64,000 nt of DNA from Candidatus Eiseniibacteriota bacterium (lineage in GTDB: Bacteria; Eisenbacteria; RBG-16-71-46). Shown here in pieces: positions 1-13,173 of the stretch. The first letter of the stretch is position 1, and each line of letters begins with the position of its first letter. The notes beneath the pieces were generated by a model. That model was given only the letters and a program-made list of their open reading frames with translations. It was not told where the DNA came from and ran no database searches. Where the stretch lies: NCBI GenBank assembly GCA_963717505.1, contig OY970342.1, positions 1,152,001 to 1,216,000 of the forward strand, read 5' to 3'. Made by a program: the position numbers and the translations under genes.

Positions 1-34
1 TCGAGCGCGTCTTCCTTGAGGTCGTGCGCGGCGA

Positions 35-949
35 CTAGTCGCGTTCGCGCCGGACCGGACGCGATTCGACCAGGAGTACCGCCGCCAGAATCAGCGCGGC
101 GCCGAGCCACCAGGGTCCCGCGTAGCGCTCGGCGCCCAGGCCGACGGCGAAGAGCAACGCGAACATCGGCTCGAGCGCGAACAGGAGCCCGATGCGCCCG
201 GGCGGGAGATGCCGCTGGGCGAAGATCTGCAGCCACGGCGCCACCATGCTGCCCGCGACCGCGAGGTAACCGAGCCGCGCGAGGTCGGCGGACCCGAGAC
301 CGCCGAGGACCGAGAGGTCGCGTACGCCGAGTGGCGCGAGCAGCGCCGCGATGACCGCCGACTGAATGAGGGCGATCGCCAGCGGGTCGGCCGCCGGCGC
401 GTCGCGCGCGACCGCGACGATCTGCAGCGCGTAGGCCAGCGCGCCGAGCAGGGTCCAGAGTTCACCGGGACCGAGGCCCAGTCCTTGAGCCGGCAACAAC
501 GCGGAGCCGAATGCCGCCAGTCCGAGTCCCGCGAGCAGGACCGGGCCGGGACGCTGCCCGAGCAACGGCCAGGCGAAGACGCCAGCGAACAGCGTTCCGG
601 TGCACGTCAGGAATGCGGACGAACCGGCGCTGGTGAATTGGAGTCCAATCGCCTGGAACAGGTAGCCGCCGGCAGCGCACACGCCCCCGAGCACACCCGC
701 GCGCCACGATGAGCGATCGAACCGCGTGCGGCGCGCGATCGCGACCAGACCGAGCATCAGGGCGGCCGCGGTGAAGCGCGTGAAGACCATGGTCACCGGC
801 GGAACCGCGATCAGGCTGTCGCGAATGACCACGAAGGTCGCGCCCCAGAGCGCGGTCGCGACCACCATGGCCGCGAGGCCGCGTCGGGCGCCGGTGGGTG
901 GGTTGCCGCGCGCCAACGAGTCGCGGTTCGCGGACGTCGCGGAGGTCAT
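35..949 (-). CDS. DMT/EamA family transporter
   Basis: About 10 hydrophobic segments with EamA-type motifs (LWGATFVVIR, FTSAGSSAFL, LLFALEPMFA). Start uncertain (ATG 949 or 868). Confidence 0.9.
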   Translation of the reverse strand: MTSATSANRDSLARGNPPTGARRGLAAMVVATALWGATFVVIRDSLIAVPPVTMVFTRFTAAALMLGLVAIARRTRFDRSSWRAGVLGGVCAAGGYLFQAIGLQFTSAGSSAFLTCTGTLFAGVFAWPLLGQRPGPVLLAGLGLAAFGSALLPAQGLGLGPGELWTLLGALAYALQIVAVARDAPAADPLAIALIQSAVIAALLAPLGVRDLSVLGGLGSADLARLGYLAVAGSMVAPWLQIFAQRHLPPGRIGLLFALEPMFALLFAVGLGAERYAGPWWLGAALILAAVLLVESRPVRRERD

Positions 950-980
950 GTCTGGCCCGGGCCTGGCCCCGCCGGCCGCG

Positions 981-1652
981 TCAGCTCCGCGGACGGCGGC
1001 GACGGCCGCCACGCGCCGGCGCCACGCCGTTCTCGCCTGCAGCCAGCGCGAACGATAGACTCTCGAACTCGAGGGTCATGTCGACGTTGCGCACCGCGAC
1101 GTGGGGCGGTGTGTGCAGCTTGCGCGGCGCGAAGTTCAGGATGCCGCGGATCCCGCTCGCGACCATCGCGTCCGCGACTTCCTGGGCCGCGGCGACCGGG
1201 GTCGCGATCACCGCGATCTCGAGGCGCTCACGCGCGACGACCTCGGCGAGCCGCGCGATGTCCTCGACCAGAATCGACCCCTCCCGCTGCCCGATGCGGG
1301 CCGGATCGCGATCGAGCACCGCGACCACTTCGAAGCCCTGTTCGGCGAATCCCCGATAGGCGATCAGAGCGGATCCGATGTGCCCAGCGCCGGCCACGAC
1401 CACTCGCCAGCGGCGTTCCAGGCCGAGAATCGCGCGGATCTCGGAGCGAAGGTGGGGCACGCTGTAGCCGAGTCCGCGGCGCCCAAAGGATCCGAAGTAC
1501 GAAAGGTCCTTCCGCACCTGCGCCGAAGTCACGCCTTCGCGCTCGGCGAGTCGGTGGGACGACACCACCCGTCCGCCTTCGGCGTCGAGTTCTTCCAACA
1601 CCCGGTAGTAGTGCGACAGGCGGCGGACGGTGGACTCGGAGATTCGGCTCAT
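981..1652 (-). CDS. rex: Redox-sensing transcriptional repressor Rex
   Basis: Winged-helix motifs TVRRLSHYYR and QVRKDLSYFGSFGRRGLGY; Rossmann GAGHIG; GILNFAP. Confidence 0.97.
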   Translation of the reverse strand: MSRISESTVRRLSHYYRVLEELDAEGGRVVSSHRLAEREGVTSAQVRKDLSYFGSFGRRGLGYSVPHLRSEIRAILGLERRWRVVVAGAGHIGSALIAYRGFAEQGFEVVAVLDRDPARIGQREGSILVEDIARLAEVVARERLEIAVIATPVAAAQEVADAMVASGIRGILNFAPRKLHTPPHVAVRNVDMTLEFESLSFALAAGENGVAPARGGRRRRPRS

Positions 1653-1673
1653 CGGATTCCGGCTGCGTTCTTC

Positions 1674-1691
1674 AGGTGAATTTTTTCACAA
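1674..1691. promoter_or_regulatory. Rex operator (autoregulation site)
   Basis: AGGTGAA-TTTT-TTCACAA matches the Rex consensus TTGTGAA-N4-TTCACAA with 2 mismatches, about 20 bp upstream of the rex start. Confidence 0.8.
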
Positions 1692-1699
1692 GCGGCGGC

Positions 1700-1731
1700 G
1701 GAAAGAAGGGGGCGCCGCGCACGGCGCCCCC
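1700..1731 (-). terminator. Intrinsic terminator after gyrA
   Basis: 10-bp stem GGGGGCGCCG/CGGCGCCCCC with a 4-nt loop, followed by TTCTTTCC on the minus strand. Confidence 0.7.
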
Positions 1732-1737
1732 GCTCGA

Positions 1738-4269
1738 TCAGACTTCCGCGGCCCCGTTGCCTTCGGTGGCGCCGGGGGCCTCAGCACCCTCCGCGACGGT
1801 TTCCGCGGCACGATCGTCGTCTTCGTTCACCACGCGGGTGACCGCCGCCACCGCATCCGGCAGCAGCTGGCCTTCGGCCGGCGTCAGGTTCACGAGCCGG
1901 ACTCCCTGCGTGTTGCGCCCGATGACCGAGATGCCTTCGACCGGCATGCGGATCATCTGGCCCTGCTTGGTGATGATCATCAGCTCGTCGCCGTCCACCA
2001 CTTCCTTGACGGCCACGACGTTGCCGTTCCGATCCGTGGTCTTGATGGTGATGATGCCCTTGCCGCCGCGGTGGGACAGTCGGTACTCGCTGATCTCGCT
2101 GCGCTTGCCGTAGCCGTGCTCGGTGACGGTCAGGAGGGTCGCCTGGCGCTTCACCGCGACCATGCTCACCACCTCGTCCTCGTCGTCGTCCAGCTTGACG
2201 GCCTTGACGCCGTAGGAAGTACGTCCCATCGCGCGCACCTCGGCCTCGCCGAAGCGGATGGCCAGGCCCTTGCGCTTGGCCAGGATGATGTCCTGCGTGC
2301 CGTCGGTCACCGTACAGTCGAACAACGAGTCCCCTTCCTCGAGCAGGATGGCGTTGATTCCGCCGCGCCGGGGATTCCCGTACGCCGACAGCACCGTCTT
2401 CTTCATCAGGCCCTTGCGCGTCGCGCACACCAGGTAGTGTTTGTCGTCGAACGCCTTGACTCCGACCACCGCCTGCACGCGTTCTTCGCGCGACAACCCT
2501 TCCAGGTGATTGACCAGCGGCCGGCCGCGCGCCGTGCGCCCGGCCTGCTCGATCTCGTGCACCTTGAGCCAATAGCACCGGCCGCGATCGGTCAGGAACA
2601 GCAGGTAGGCGTGCGTGTTCGCGATGAACAGGTGCTCGATGAAGTCCTCTTCCTTGGTCCGCGCGCCGATCACGCCCTTGCCGCCGCGCCGCTGCGACCG
2701 GTAGGCCGAGATCTCCTGCCGTTTGATGTAGCCGGCGTGGGAGATGGTGATCACCATGTCCTTCTGCTCGATGGTGTCCTCGTAGCCGATCTCGCCTTCC
2801 TCGGCCACGATCTCGGTGCGCCGCTCGTCGCCGAACTTTTCTCGAAGTCGCCGCACTTCGTCCTTGATGATCGCGAGGATCTTCTTGGGGTTCGCGAGAA
2901 TGCTGCGCAGCTGCTCGATCAGCTGGATGACTTCGAGGTACTCCTGCTCGATCTTGGAGCGCTCGAGCGCGGTCAGCCGCTGCAGCCGCATCTCGAGGAT
3001 CGCGTTCGCCTGGATCTCGGTGAGCTTGAACGAGGTCATCAGTCCGGTGCGTGCGGTCTCGACATCCTTCGACTTGCGGATCAGCGCGATCACGTCGTCG
3101 AGGTGATCGAGCGCGATCTTGAGACCCTCGAGGATGTGGGCCCGCCGCTCGGCCTCGGCCAGGTCGAACTCGGTGCGCCGGCGCACCACGACCTGTCGAT
3201 GTTCGATGTACTGGTCGATCAGACCGCGCAGATTGAGGACCTGCGGCCGATTCTGCACCAGGCCGAGCATGATCGCGCCGAACGTGACCTGGAGCGGCGA
3301 GTGCACGAACAGCTGGTTGAGCACGACCTTGGGGTTGGCGTCCTTCTTGAGCTCGATGACGATGCGCATGCCGTCGCGGTCGGACTCGTCGCGCAGGTCG
3401 CTGATGCCGCTGACCTTGGCCTCGCGCACCAGGTCGGCGATGCGCTCGAGCAGCGAAGACTTGTTGACCTGGAACGGAATCTCGGTCGCCACCAGGCTCA
3501 TCCGGCCGGCTCGGCCCTCTTCGATCTGAACCTTGGCCCGCACGCGGATCAGGCCGCGTCCGGTGTGGTAGCAGTCCCGCAGGCCCTGCGTGCCGTAGAT
3601 GATCGCCCCGGTCGGGAAGTCCGGACCCTTCACGATCCCGAGCAGGTCGTCGATGGTCGCCTCGGGGTGGTCGATCACGTGGATGATCGCATCGCAGATC
3701 TCGGTCATGTTGTGCGGCGGCATTTCGGTCGCCATGCCGACGGCGATTCCGGAGCAGCCGTTGATCAGCAGGTTGGGAACGACGCTGGGCAGGACCGTGG
3801 GTTCCTCGCGGGTCTCGTCGTAGTTCGGCCGCAGGTCGACGGTGTTCTTCTCGAGGTCCGCCAGCATCTCGACCGCGAGCGCGGTCAGTCGGGCCTCCGT
3901 ATAGCGCATGGCCGCCGGAGCATCGCCGTCGATCGAGCCGAAGTTGCCCTGGCCGTCGACCAGCGGATAACGCATCACCCAGCTCTGCGCGAGCCGCACC
4001 AGCGTCGGATACACGACCTGCTCGCCGTGCGGATGGTAGTTGCCCGAGGTGTCGCCGGCGATCTTCGCGCATTTGCGGAACGGCCGCCCGGGCGTCAGGT
4101 TCAGGTCGTTCATCGCGACCAGGATGCGTCGCTGTGAAGGCTTGAGGCCGTCGCGAACATCCGGCAGAGCGCGCGAAACGATGACCGACATCGAGTAATC
4201 GATGTAGCTGGTCTTCATCTCGTCTTCGATCTGCGTGCCTACGATGCGCGAGCGATCGTTCAAGGACAT
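1738..4269 (-). CDS. gyrA: DNA gyrase subunit A
   Basis: [18 protein letters not shown], catalytic AAMRYTEAR, GyrA box QRRGGKG and C-terminal pinwheel repeats. Confidence 0.98.
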   Translation of the reverse strand: MSLNDRSRIVGTQIEDEMKTSYIDYSMSVIVSRALPDVRDGLKPSQRRILVAMNDLNLTPGRPFRKCAKIAGDTSGNYHPHGEQVVYPTLVRLAQSWVMRYPLVDGQGNFGSIDGDAPAAMRYTEARLTALAVEMLADLEKNTVDLRPNYDETREEPTVLPSVVPNLLINGCSGIAVGMATEMPPHNMTEICDAIIHVIDHPEATIDDLLGIVKGPDFPTGAIIYGTQGLRDCYHTGRGLIRVRAKVQIEEGRAGRMSLVATEIPFQVNKSSLLERIADLVREAKVSGISDLRDESDRDGMRIVIELKKDANPKVVLNQLFVHSPLQVTFGAIMLGLVQNRPQVLNLRGLIDQYIEHRQVVVRRRTEFDLAEAERRAHILEGLKIALDHLDDVIALIRKSKDVETARTGLMTSFKLTEIQANAILEMRLQRLTALERSKIEQEYLEVIQLIEQLRSILANPKKILAIIKDEVRRLREKFGDERRTEIVAEEGEIGYEDTIEQKDMVITISHAGYIKRQEISAYRSQRRGGKGVIGARTKEEDFIEHLFIANTHAYLLFLTDRGRCYWLKVHEIEQAGRTARGRPLVNHLEGLSREERVQAVVGVKAFDDKHYLVCATRKGLMKKTVLSAYGNPRRGGINAILLEEGDSLFDCTVTDGTQDIILAKRKGLAIRFGEAEVRAMGRTSYGVKAVKLDDDEDEVVSMVAVKRQATLLTVTEHGYGKRSEISEYRLSHRGGKGIITIKTTDRNGNVVAVKEVVDGDELMIITKQGQMIRMPVEGISVIGRNTQGVRLVNLTPAEGQLLPDAVAAVTRVVNEDDDRAAETVAEGAEAPGATEGNGAAEV

Positions 4270-4272
4270 GAT

Positions 4273-4886
4273 CTAGTTCCCTTTGGCCGGTGCCGTGGTC
4301 GTCGCGGGAGCCCGGACCCGCGCCGCAGACGCGAACGTCCAGTCGAGCGTGGCGGACCAGTAGTAATCGAGTCGATCGTCGAACACCCGGTGGTAACGGA
4401 AAGACATCCCGACCTCGGCCCCGGGCCCGAGCCGGCGCTGCACGCCGAGCGCGGCGCTGGCGCCGGTGGCGCTGAAGGCCTGCTCGACCACACCGGCCTG
4501 ATCGTCGTGAATCCGGTAGTAGCCCAGCGTCGCGCCGGCGAATCCGTGCCACGGCCCGCGAATCGAGAACGGTGCGTCGGCGCGCCAGGCGCCGCCGAAC
4601 ACCATGCGATGGGCGGTCTCGGTGGCGCCCAGGTCGGTGCCGTCGTTCGGATCCAGCAGGCGGCCGATCTGGGTGCCCTGGTCGTCGGCGAACAGCATCG
4701 GGCCCGCATCCAGCCACGGCTCGACGCGCCACAGCGCGGACAACGATGCCGAGAATCCCGGACCGTCGACGCCCTCGGTCGGGCCGCCGCTACCACCGAC
4801 CCCGAGAACCAACCGGGGCCCGGCGGCCGCCGGTGCGGCGACACAGGCCAGCGTTGCCGCCGCCGCGAGCAGGGCAGGCACCCGCA

Positions 4887-4887
<1 letters not shown>
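4273..4887 (-). CDS. Putative small outer-membrane beta-barrel protein (204 aa)
   Basis: Signal peptide MRVPALLAAAATLACVAAPAAA, then amphipathic beta-strands ending YYWSATLDWTF. ATG overlaps the gyrB stop (TGATG). Confidence 0.7.
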
Positions 4888-7131
<2,244 letters not shown>

Positions 7132-7135
<4 letters not shown>

Positions 7136-8280
7136 CCCGCCGCGTCAGGAAGCCTGAGCGGCATGATCAGGCAGAGAATCCCCTCCTCGGTCTCGGGCAG
7201 CGCACCGGCAGGCTCCACCACGGCCGCCGACAGCGCGGTGTTCAGGCGGAACGTCACCTCTTCGGTCGGGATACCCTTGAGGATGTCGAGCAGATAGCCG
7301 GCATTGTAGCCGATGTCCAGGGATTCCCCGGCATAGCGGGCCGCGATCCGATGCTCGCCCGAGCCCAACTCGGTGGCCGAGGACACCCCCAGCTCGCCGT
7401 TGCGCACGCTGAAGCGAACCTGGCGCGTGACGTTGTCGGCGTGCGAAGCGACGATGTCGACCGCTTCACTCAGGTCGGCGCGCGTGCACGTCAGCTCGCG
7501 AGGGTTGTTCTTGGGCACGACCTGCTCGTAGTTGGGATACGGACCCTCGAGCAAGCGGGTCACGATCTCGACCCGGTATTCGCCGACGCTCATCGAAAAC
7601 GCCGCTTGATTGCGCCCGCCGGCCACCTGGATCTCGACCGGGCTGGTCGCGTCCTGCGCGGCTCGGCTCACCGCGTGCAGCGCCCGCGTCGGGACGATCA
7701 CGCCGTCCTTGCTCAGCGCGGCGAACGAACCGCGACGGATCGCCTGGGCCAGTCGATGGCCGTCGGTGGCGACGAACGTGACCAGCTTCTCGGTGCCCTG
7801 GATCAGGACGCCGTTGAGCTGGGGGCGCGTCTCCTCGGTGGACGCCGCGTAGCCGGAGCGCTCCGCCAGCCGACCAAACACCTGGGCTTCGAGCGTCAGG
7901 CGCGTTTCGGCCTTGAGCTCGGGGACGCGCGGAAAGTCCGAGGGGTCCTGGGTCGGGAAACGCGACCAGCCCTTGCCGTCGCCGTATTTCAGCTCGACCT
8001 GTTGCTGCCGGACCGCGAGCGACAGCGGGCCGCGCGCGATCTTACGCACGACTTCGTTGAAATGCCGCGCGGACACGGCGATCCGACCGGGCGTCGTCAC
8101 CGAACACGGAACCCGCACCGACGTGGTGACGTCGAGATCGGTCCCGGTGATCACCAGAACGCCGTCGCTGGCTTCGAGCAGCAGGCAGCTCAGCAGCGGA
8201 AGCGGGCTGCGCGTCGACACCGAACCAAGGGCTCGTCCGACGCCAAACGCCAGATCGCCCTGGGCGATCGTCAACTCCAT
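7132..8280 (-). CDS. dnaN: DNA polymerase III beta sliding clamp
   Basis: GTDLD, ETRPQLNGV, VATDGHRLA, RLLEGPYPNY, LIMPLRL. Start moved to ATG 8280 (MELTI), since the track's extension lies in oriC. Confidence 0.97.
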
Positions 8281-8632
8281 GGGACCGTCCTCCACCGCAG
8301 TGGAACCCACTGCCGGGCCTGAGGTTCCGGGGACAACTGTTGGGGTCTTGGGGGTCATGGCTCGAGTGGTCTGCATGATAGGTTGGGTCCAACCCACCTG
8401 CAAGCACTTTCCTTTCTGCTAAGTCATTGTTAGACAATGAGAAAGATAACTAGTAACCGTAGGAGATCGGGATATTGTGAACGATGTTGCTTTGGGCGAC
8501 CCAACTCATTGGACCTCAAACTCTTATCCCAGATCTCCCACCCGTGAACAACTGCCCAGGTTGTTCACGTTTCGACACCGGCGTAGGCAGTCCCACCGAG
8601 ATCTCCCCACGCGTCCACCACTTATCCACAGG
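8281..8632. other. Chromosomal replication origin oriC (dnaA-dnaN spacer)
   Basis: Locally AT-rich. Perfect DnaA box TTATCCACA at 8622-8630; degenerate boxes at 8476-8484, 8543-8551 and 8561-8569; DnaA-trio-like run at ~8445-8465; IHF-like site at 8420-8432. Confidence 0.85.
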
Positions 8633-10006
8633 TCATCCCGAGGCCATCGTTGAAATCATGCCGTTCACCTTGTCGGAAAACACGCTGTCGCTCGCGATCA
8701 TGCTCCCGATCTTGTCGCACGCATACATCACTGTCGTGTGATCCCGGCCGCCGAACATGCGACCGATCTCGGCCAGGGAAAGGTCGGTGAGCTGGCGCAG
8801 GAGATACATGGCGACCTGGCGCGGCATGGCGATGTTACGAGTGCGTCGCTGGCCGTAGAGAGCCTCGGGTCGGGCGCCGAACTTCTCCGAAACCAAGGCC
8901 ACGATCCGATCCGGCGTCAGCTGATCGGGCTCCGGATTCACGTAGTGCTGCAGAACTTCCTCGGCCAGGGCGGTGGTGACCTCCTGAGCGCCGAGTGAGG
9001 TCACCGCCATGATCCGGACCAGGCAGCCCTCGAGATCGCGGATGTTGTTGCGAATCCGGTCGGCGATCAGCAGAAGCACGTCGTCCGGGATGCGAACGTT
9101 GCCCTCGTGCGCACACCGATTGCGCAGGATGGCGATGCGAGTCTCCAGCTCGGGTTGCTGAACGTCGGCCACCAGGCCCTGGTTGAACCTGGAGGTGAGC
9201 CGCTCCTCGAGCATGGGGATGTCCTTCGGCGGCTTGTCGGCGCTGACCACGATCTGCCGATGACCGTCGCGCAGCGCGTTGAACGTGTGGAAGAACTCCT
9301 CCTGGGTGCTCTCTTTGCCGGCGAGGAACTGAATGTCGTCGATCAGCAGCAGATCGACGCTCCGGTACTTGTTGCGGAACGCCAGCGTCTGCGCGTGCTG
9401 GATCGCGTAGATCATCTCGTTGGTGAACCGTTCCGCCGAGACGTAGCACACACGGGCGGCCGGTCGCGCCTGACGCACCGCGTGGCCGATCGCCTGGAGC
9501 AGATGGGTCTTGCCCAGCCCTGAGCCGCCGAAGATGAACAGCGGGTTGTAGACATGGCCGGGGTTCTGAGCGACGGCGAGGCAGGCGGCATGGGTGAAAC
9601 GGTTACCGCTGCCGACGACGAAGTTCTCGAACGTGTGATGCGGATGCAGTAGGCCGTCCACCGGCACGCGGGTCGGAACTGGCGCCGGTTCCGTGGCCCG
9701 GACCGGCTCGCGTGGCGGCAGCGGCTCTTGCCGGAGCGAGCTCGTGGACAGACGAACCTCCACGTTCGCACCCAGCGTTTCGGCAACACAGTGTTTCAAC
9801 AGCGACAGATAGTGCTCGTGGATCCAGTCCACGAGGAACGAGTTGGGAGCCTCAAGCTCGACCAGCTCGGGGGACAGCGTCAGCGGGACGATCGGCCGGA
9901 ACCAGGTTTCGAAAGCCTGGGGACTTTCGAGTCGGTTTCGTACCTCCGCCAGCACCTGCTCCCAGAGGTGGGTCGTTTCCTCTAGTGAAGCGGGATGGAC
10001 GGCCAT
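8633..10006 (-). CDS. dnaA: Chromosomal replication initiator DnaA
   Basis: YNPLFIFGGSGLGKTHL, LLIDDIQFL, QEEFFHTFN, PRQVAMYL, GGRDHTTV. Confidence 0.99.
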   Translation of the reverse strand: MAVHPASLEETTHLWEQVLAEVRNRLESPQAFETWFRPIVPLTLSPELVELEAPNSFLVDWIHEHYLSLLKHCVAETLGANVEVRLSTSSLRQEPLPPREPVRATEPAPVPTRVPVDGLLHPHHTFENFVVGSGNRFTHAACLAVAQNPGHVYNPLFIFGGSGLGKTHLLQAIGHAVRQARPAARVCYVSAERFTNEMIYAIQHAQTLAFRNKYRSVDLLLIDDIQFLAGKESTQEEFFHTFNALRDGHRQIVVSADKPPKDIPMLEERLTSRFNQGLVADVQQPELETRIAILRNRCAHEGNVRIPDDVLLLIADRIRNNIRDLEGCLVRIMAVTSLGAQEVTTALAEEVLQHYVNPEPDQLTPDRIVALVSEKFGARPEALYGQRRTRNIAMPRQVAMYLLRQLTDLSLAEIGRMFGGRDHTTVMYACDKIGSMIASDSVFSDKVNGMISTMASG

Positions 10007-10036
10007 TTCAACGGTCCTTGCTGAAAGGTCGCGGGG

Positions 10037-10215
10037 TTATCCACCGAATCCGCAAGCGAGGGACGCCTTTCGCAACAGCGGCTTTGGATTCCGGGGGCGT
10101 GAGTTCGTGGAAACCTCCGGCGCTTCCTATCCACATTGAAGCTCGGAGCGACAACCGGCGGGCAGGACATCAGTTGACTGCCCGGAGACCTCCTTCCTTC
10201 CACACGCTTTCCACA
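10037..10215. promoter_or_regulatory. DnaA-box cluster upstream of dnaA
   Basis: TTATCCACC 10037-10045, CTATCCACA 10127-10135, CCTTCCACA 10196-10204, CTTTCCACA 10207-10215, and an inverted GTTTCCACG at ~10106-10114. Confidence 0.75.
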
Positions 10216-10507
10216 TAGACGAATGATGACTCGAGAAGAATCTGCTCGCGGTCTCGGATCCGGACGGGATCGAGACCTACAAGCCAATGACAGCCAAAGG
10301 TTTGGTTGAAGTGCCTGGGCCCCGGGAGCGGCCACCCATGGGGTGGGTTTCCACTGGGGCGCGGAAGGCTAGCACCGGCTCATGGGGCGTACAAGCGCCG
10401 AATGCCCTGCGAAGAGGCAATCTGCAAATCGTTGCACAGCAAAGTCTTACGGCTCTGTTCCCGCTCCCAGAAACGACCTCTCTCTCTCGGGTGGCCCGGC
10501 AGTCTTC

Positions 10508-11140
10508 CTAGAACGGCATCCGGGCGCCGGCCGAGAACAGAAAATCGTCCGCAAACTCATGCGGCTTCGTCACTTGGAACTCCATGAGAAACCCGATGCC
10601 GCCCCCGGTTTGGAAATCAGCTCCAAGACGCACCGGGAACGCGGGGTCGACATTGTCCTGGTCCCCGACGTCTGATCGATTGAACGCGATGACCATGCCC
10701 CCGTACGGCGTGACCTGGCCGGACTGGCCGAGCGGGAAAGACCGGCTGATGCGAAACTCCGGCCCGACGCTGAGCACGATGTAGTCGTCGCCGACCTCGA
10801 CCCCGAAGGCGCCGCCAACCCCCAATGCCACGGGCATCCCGGATCCGGCGCGAATCTCGGCCTGTACGTCGGTGCCGAAGCGCAGCAAGCCGCGATCCCC
10901 GGAATCCAGGTTCATCCGCGACAGGCCTCCCTGAAAACCGAAGTCGACACCGGGGTAGATGCTCAGGCGCAGGTCACCCTGCAGGCCGAGTTGGTCGTCG
11001 CTCGAAAATACGTACGCGCCGACCGCGTGCGTGTTCATTGCCAAAGGTTGGGCGCCGCCATGCTGGGTGAACGCACCAGCGCGGGCCATCGTCGGGGCGG
11101 CGAGCAACAATAGGGCGCCCGCCGTGATCAACAAACGCAT
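10508..11140 (-). CDS. Putative outer-membrane beta-barrel protein (210 aa)
   Basis: GGAGG RBS, signal peptide MRLLITAGALLLLAAPTMARA, alternating beta-strands, C-terminal Phe (FSAGARMPF). Confidence 0.75.
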   Translation of the reverse strand: MRLLITAGALLLLAAPTMARAGAFTQHGGAQPLAMNTHAVGAYVFSSDDQLGLQGDLRLSIYPGVDFGFQGGLSRMNLDSGDRGLLRFGTDVQAEIRAGSGMPVALGVGGAFGVEVGDDYIVLSVGPEFRISRSFPLGQSGQVTPYGGMVIAFNRSDVGDQDNVDPAFPVRLGADFQTGGGIGFLMEFQVTKPHEFADDFLFSAGARMPF

Positions 11141-11242
11141 AAATGCCTCCCTGCAAGCGGCCACAAAGGGACGCAGCACCCACGCATCGTGCGCGAGCTC
11201 GCTGGCTTCCCTGCCGGCGCCCATGATAGCAGTGCTGCCCCA

Positions 11243-12154
11243 ATGAAGCTGCTCACCGATTTCGACGGCGTCTGGACCTTTCCCGACGCGGAGGGCGTCG
11301 CCCAGGGCGAAGTCCTCGAGGGTCGCCTGCTCGGGCTGACGCCCGAGCCGCGCAGGGCTCAGGTGGCCGACTGGCTGCGTGCCGCCCGCGAGGCGACGCG
11401 GCGCGAGCCGACCCGATACGGCTGGGAGCAAGCCGGGCGCCTGAGCGCGTTCGCCGACGAGGACCCGTTCATCGCTCACAGCGCGCTGCTCAACTACATC
11501 GGGGCCCACCGCGAGCGCGATGAAACCGCCCGACTGCTGATGGAGGCCCTCACCGCCTCGGGCGCCAGTCTCGATGCCCTCGGGGGTCAGTCCCACGCCG
11601 AGGGCGTGCGCCGGGTCGTCGACCTCCGCGGACCCGGGATCCTGCCCGAGGCGGCCGAGGCCGGGCGCCGCATGCTGGCCGCCGGCATCGAAGTGGTCGC
11701 GGTCTCGAACTCGACGACCGAAAAACTCCGGCAATGGTTCGACCATGCGCGCGTACCGTGCACCGAACACCCGGAACGCCGCGCGGGGGCGCTCAGAATC
11801 CGTGGCTCGGCCCGCAAGTTCGTGCTGGCGCCGGGCGTCGATCGGAAGCTCCGCCTGGGATCGCTCCGCATCGACCTCGCGCGCCCGTCGTACGAGGAGG
11901 TCTTGCAGGACGAACGTCCCGGGGCCGTGGTCGGCGACGTGTTCTCGCTCGACCTCTCACTTCCGCTGGCACTCCGGCGCGGCGATCCCTCGTGGTCGCG
12001 GGTGCGATTGTTCTGGATCCTGCATCCGTACACCCCCGCGTGGCTCGAACGCGAGGTGGCCGAGCACGCGCCCGAGATCGAACCGGTCCGCGGTGGGTTG
12101 GGGGCCTTGGCCGAGATCCTGGTGCGGTCCGCGGCCGATCAGGGACGGTCGTAG
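11243..12154 (+). CDS. HAD-superfamily-like hydrolase
   Basis: Motif I LLTDFDGVW at the N-terminus, motif II VAVSNS, motif IV VVGDVFSLDL. Confidence 0.75.
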   Translation: MKLLTDFDGVWTFPDAEGVAQGEVLEGRLLGLTPEPRRAQVADWLRAAREATRREPTRYGWEQAGRLSAFADEDPFIAHSALLNYIGAHRERDETARLLMEALTASGASLDALGGQSHAEGVRRVVDLRGPGILPEAAEAGRRMLAAGIEVVAVSNSTTEKLRQWFDHARVPCTEHPERRAGALRIRGSARKFVLAPGVDRKLRLGSLRIDLARPSYEEVLQDERPGAVVGDVFSLDLSLPLALRRGDPSWSRVRLFWILHPYTPAWLEREVAEHAPEIEPVRGGLGALAEILVRSAADQGRS

Positions 12155-13014
12155 AACGCCGAGCCCCAGTCGGCGTAGTGCTCGAAGCCGATGCGTTGAT
12201 AGACCTCGAGCGCCGGGGCGTTGAAGTCGTTCACGAACAAGCACACGGCGCGGGAGTCCTGGAACAGGCGCGAGCACAATTCCGACATGCCGCGTCGCGC
12301 GATGCCGCGGCCGCGGCGTTCGGGCGGCACGTAGACCCCCGAGATCTGCGCGGCATCCGGGGTGCGGGCACTGACGCTGGCGCGGAAGCAGAGACCGTTC
12401 GAGTCGGTCCAGAGCCAGGTGGCGCCTTCGCGACACTCCTCCTCGACGCGACGCGCGTAGCCCATTCGATCGGAGACCAGCGGGTCCTCTTCCAACTCTT
12501 CGCTGCGCATGCGCGCGCCGCTCTCGAGCACCAGGTCGTAGTCCGAGAGCCGCGCCGGGCGCAGCTCCGGCAGTGGCTCGAACGGCGCCAGACGGTCGCG
12601 GTCGAGGCGCTGGTAGTGCTGGTGGCGCATGATTCGCGGCGCGAGGGATTCGCGCTCGAGCTGCGCGGCGAAGATCTCGACCGCTTCCCGCGTCCCGATC
12701 ACTTGAAAGCGACGCGGCACCGCGTCACGCCGGGCCACCAGGTGATTGGCGAGCGATTGGAGCGTCGCGGGGTCGTCGGCCACCGGGAGCACGGCCCCGG
12801 TGCGGCCGCCCAGGTGCAGAATCCCCGCGATCACTCCGTCGCGTCGCGCGGCCCAGTACTCGTCGTGCGGTCGCGCCAGCGCATCGCGGACGCTGAGCGC
12901 GATCAGATATACGTTCAATACCGGATCCCGATCGAGATAGCCGAACGTCTCGATCAGGTCATCCGTGCCCAGACGATCCAGGGCAATGGGGCCGGTGGCG
13001 GAATAGAGCGACAT
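12139..13014 (-). CDS. GNAT family N-acetyltransferase (FR47-like C-terminal domain)
   Basis: QISGVYVPPERRGRGIA and LFVNDFNAPALEVYQRIGF. Confidence 0.9.
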   Translation of the reverse strand: MSLYSATGPIALDRLGTDDLIETFGYLDRDPVLNVYLIALSVRDALARPHDEYWAARRDGVIAGILHLGGRTGAVLPVADDPATLQSLANHLVARRDAVPRRFQVIGTREAVEIFAAQLERESLAPRIMRHQHYQRLDRDRLAPFEPLPELRPARLSDYDLVLESGARMRSEELEEDPLVSDRMGYARRVEEECREGATWLWTDSNGLCFRASVSARTPDAAQISGVYVPPERRGRGIARRGMSELCSRLFQDSRAVCLFVNDFNAPALEVYQRIGFEHYADWGSAFYDRP

Positions 13015-13173
13015 CGTGCGGGTAGTGGGGGACGCCGGGGAATGGTAGCCCTAATGCGTGATCGGAGCGAGCGAGCGCCGACGAGGAGCCGAGGCGAGGG
13101 CGCAAGCGGAACGAGACGCTCGATTGACCGGCGCGAAAGCCGGCCCGTAGTCTCGTCCACACGGAGGGCCACA

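Noticed and set aside
8281-8403. 41-aa N-terminal extension of DnaN given by the ORF track
   Set aside because: Lies in the origin spacer; homology starts at MELTI (8280), which has an upstream GGAGG.
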